From Halogeometricum borinquense DSM 11551 (GTDB lineage Archaea > Halobacteriota > Halobacteria > Halobacteriales > Haloferacaceae), in NCBI RefSeq assembly GCF_000172995.2, contig NC_014729.1:390001-422000 (forward strand): a stretch of DNA of 32,000 bases, read 5' to 3'. Shown here one piece after another: positions 31,546-32,000 of the stretch. The position numbers and the translations under genes were made by a program. Numbering within the stretch: the stretch's first letter is position 1; the number at the start of each line of letters is the position of its first letter. The notes beneath the pieces are model-generated. The model searched no databases, was not told the DNA's origin, and was given only the letters and a program-made list of their open reading frames with translations.

Positions 31546-32000
31546 CTATCCCGATAGAAGAAATTCCGCCGCCGCTTCGGTATACGTTTCTCTCGCTGTC
31601 TCTACGTCGTCCCAGTTGATGGTTTCGTCGGGGAAGTGCGCCTGTTCGATAGACCCCGGCCCGTAGAGGACGGTCGGTATCCCGGCGGCGACGTAGTGCC
31701 GCGAGTCCGCACCGTACGTCGCTCCGACCGGGTCCGTCGTGTCGTGCCCAGTTACACCCATCGCTGTCTGAAGCGACCGTACTACGTCTTCGTCGGCGTC
31801 TATCTCGGCTGGTTCGAATTGGATACTGAACCGCTCGAACGTCGGCGGCTGTTCCGAGAGCCAGTCGCTCTCTGCTACTACTTCAGCCAGACGCGCCTCG
31901 TACGCTTCTTCCACTTCGTCTACTGTCTCGCCGGGCGCGACGCCGAAGCGACACTCGGCGGTGAGCGTCCCCGCGACTGACGAGGCCCACGACCCGGCGC
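31546..32000 (-). CDS. M20 family metallopeptidase (ArgE/DapE-like), C-terminal part; the N-terminus lies beyond the right window edge
   Basis: The frame stays open from 31914 (a GTG, not a true start) to position 32000 (hand translated: ...AGSWASSVAGTLTAECRFGVAPGETVDEVEEAYEARL). The C-terminal motif GADSRHY...GIPTVLYGPGSIEQAHFPDE is typical of M20 enzymes. Confidence 0.8.
   Translation of the reverse strand, partial: AGSWASSVAGTLTAECRFGVAPGETVDEVEEAYEARLAEVVAESDWLSEQPPTFERFSIQFEPAEIDADEDVVRSLQTAMGVTGHDTTDPVGATYGADSRHYVAAGIPTVLYGPGSIEQAHFPDETINWDDVETARETYTEAAAEFLLSG

Overview
The window looks like a haloarchaeal (class Halobacteria) chromosome fragment. The evidence is high GC, very acidic predicted proteins, halocyanin, archaellin, Orc1/Cdc6 and many start codons with almost no 5' leader. 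It splits into two compartments.

(A) Positions 1 to about 8540 are a mosaic accessory region on the minus strand. My spot counts of single 60-nt lines give about 47-52% GC in much of it, against about 63% in one line of the right-hand part; the conserved toxin block (57%) and the 320-aa ORF (62%) are higher. It holds two paralogous DUF4157 (HExxH) proteins whose C-termini carry the motif pattern of GH-E type HNH/EndoVII nuclease toxins. An ankyrin-repeat gene follows each one within 2-6 nt. The two toxin genes share a gap-free 340-nt block at 89% identity (hand count), with sharply diverged flanks. The region also contains a tandem pair of unknown paralogues (one killed by an in-frame TGA), an RHH-PIN toxin-antitoxin pair with a 17-nt direct repeat at its start, and several orphan ORFs. 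I read this as an archaeal polymorphic-toxin / immunity locus, possibly cargo for a contractile injection system encoded elsewhere. It is the most interesting content of the window.

(B) Positions about 8560 to 32000 are ordinary core genome. They encode:
- halocyanin
- a beta-CASP RNase
- an AI-2E transporter
- a nitrilase-family hydrolase
- FecCD/FecE-type ABC importer genes, preceded by a perfect 16-bp palindrome
- an Orc1/Cdc6 paralogue
- glpK plus a coupled membrane protein
- a CoADR/Nox-type flavoprotein
- an orphan archaellin
- a copper/metal cluster (Lrp-TRASH regulator, mini-TRASH protein, PKD/acidic repeat protein, CopZ)
- a methyltransferase
- an AIM24 protein
- a siroheme nitrite/sulfite reductase
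- a partial M20 peptidase

All domain calls come from motif recognition by eye. No searches were run. No rRNA, tRNA, CRISPR array, transposase or integrase was seen.
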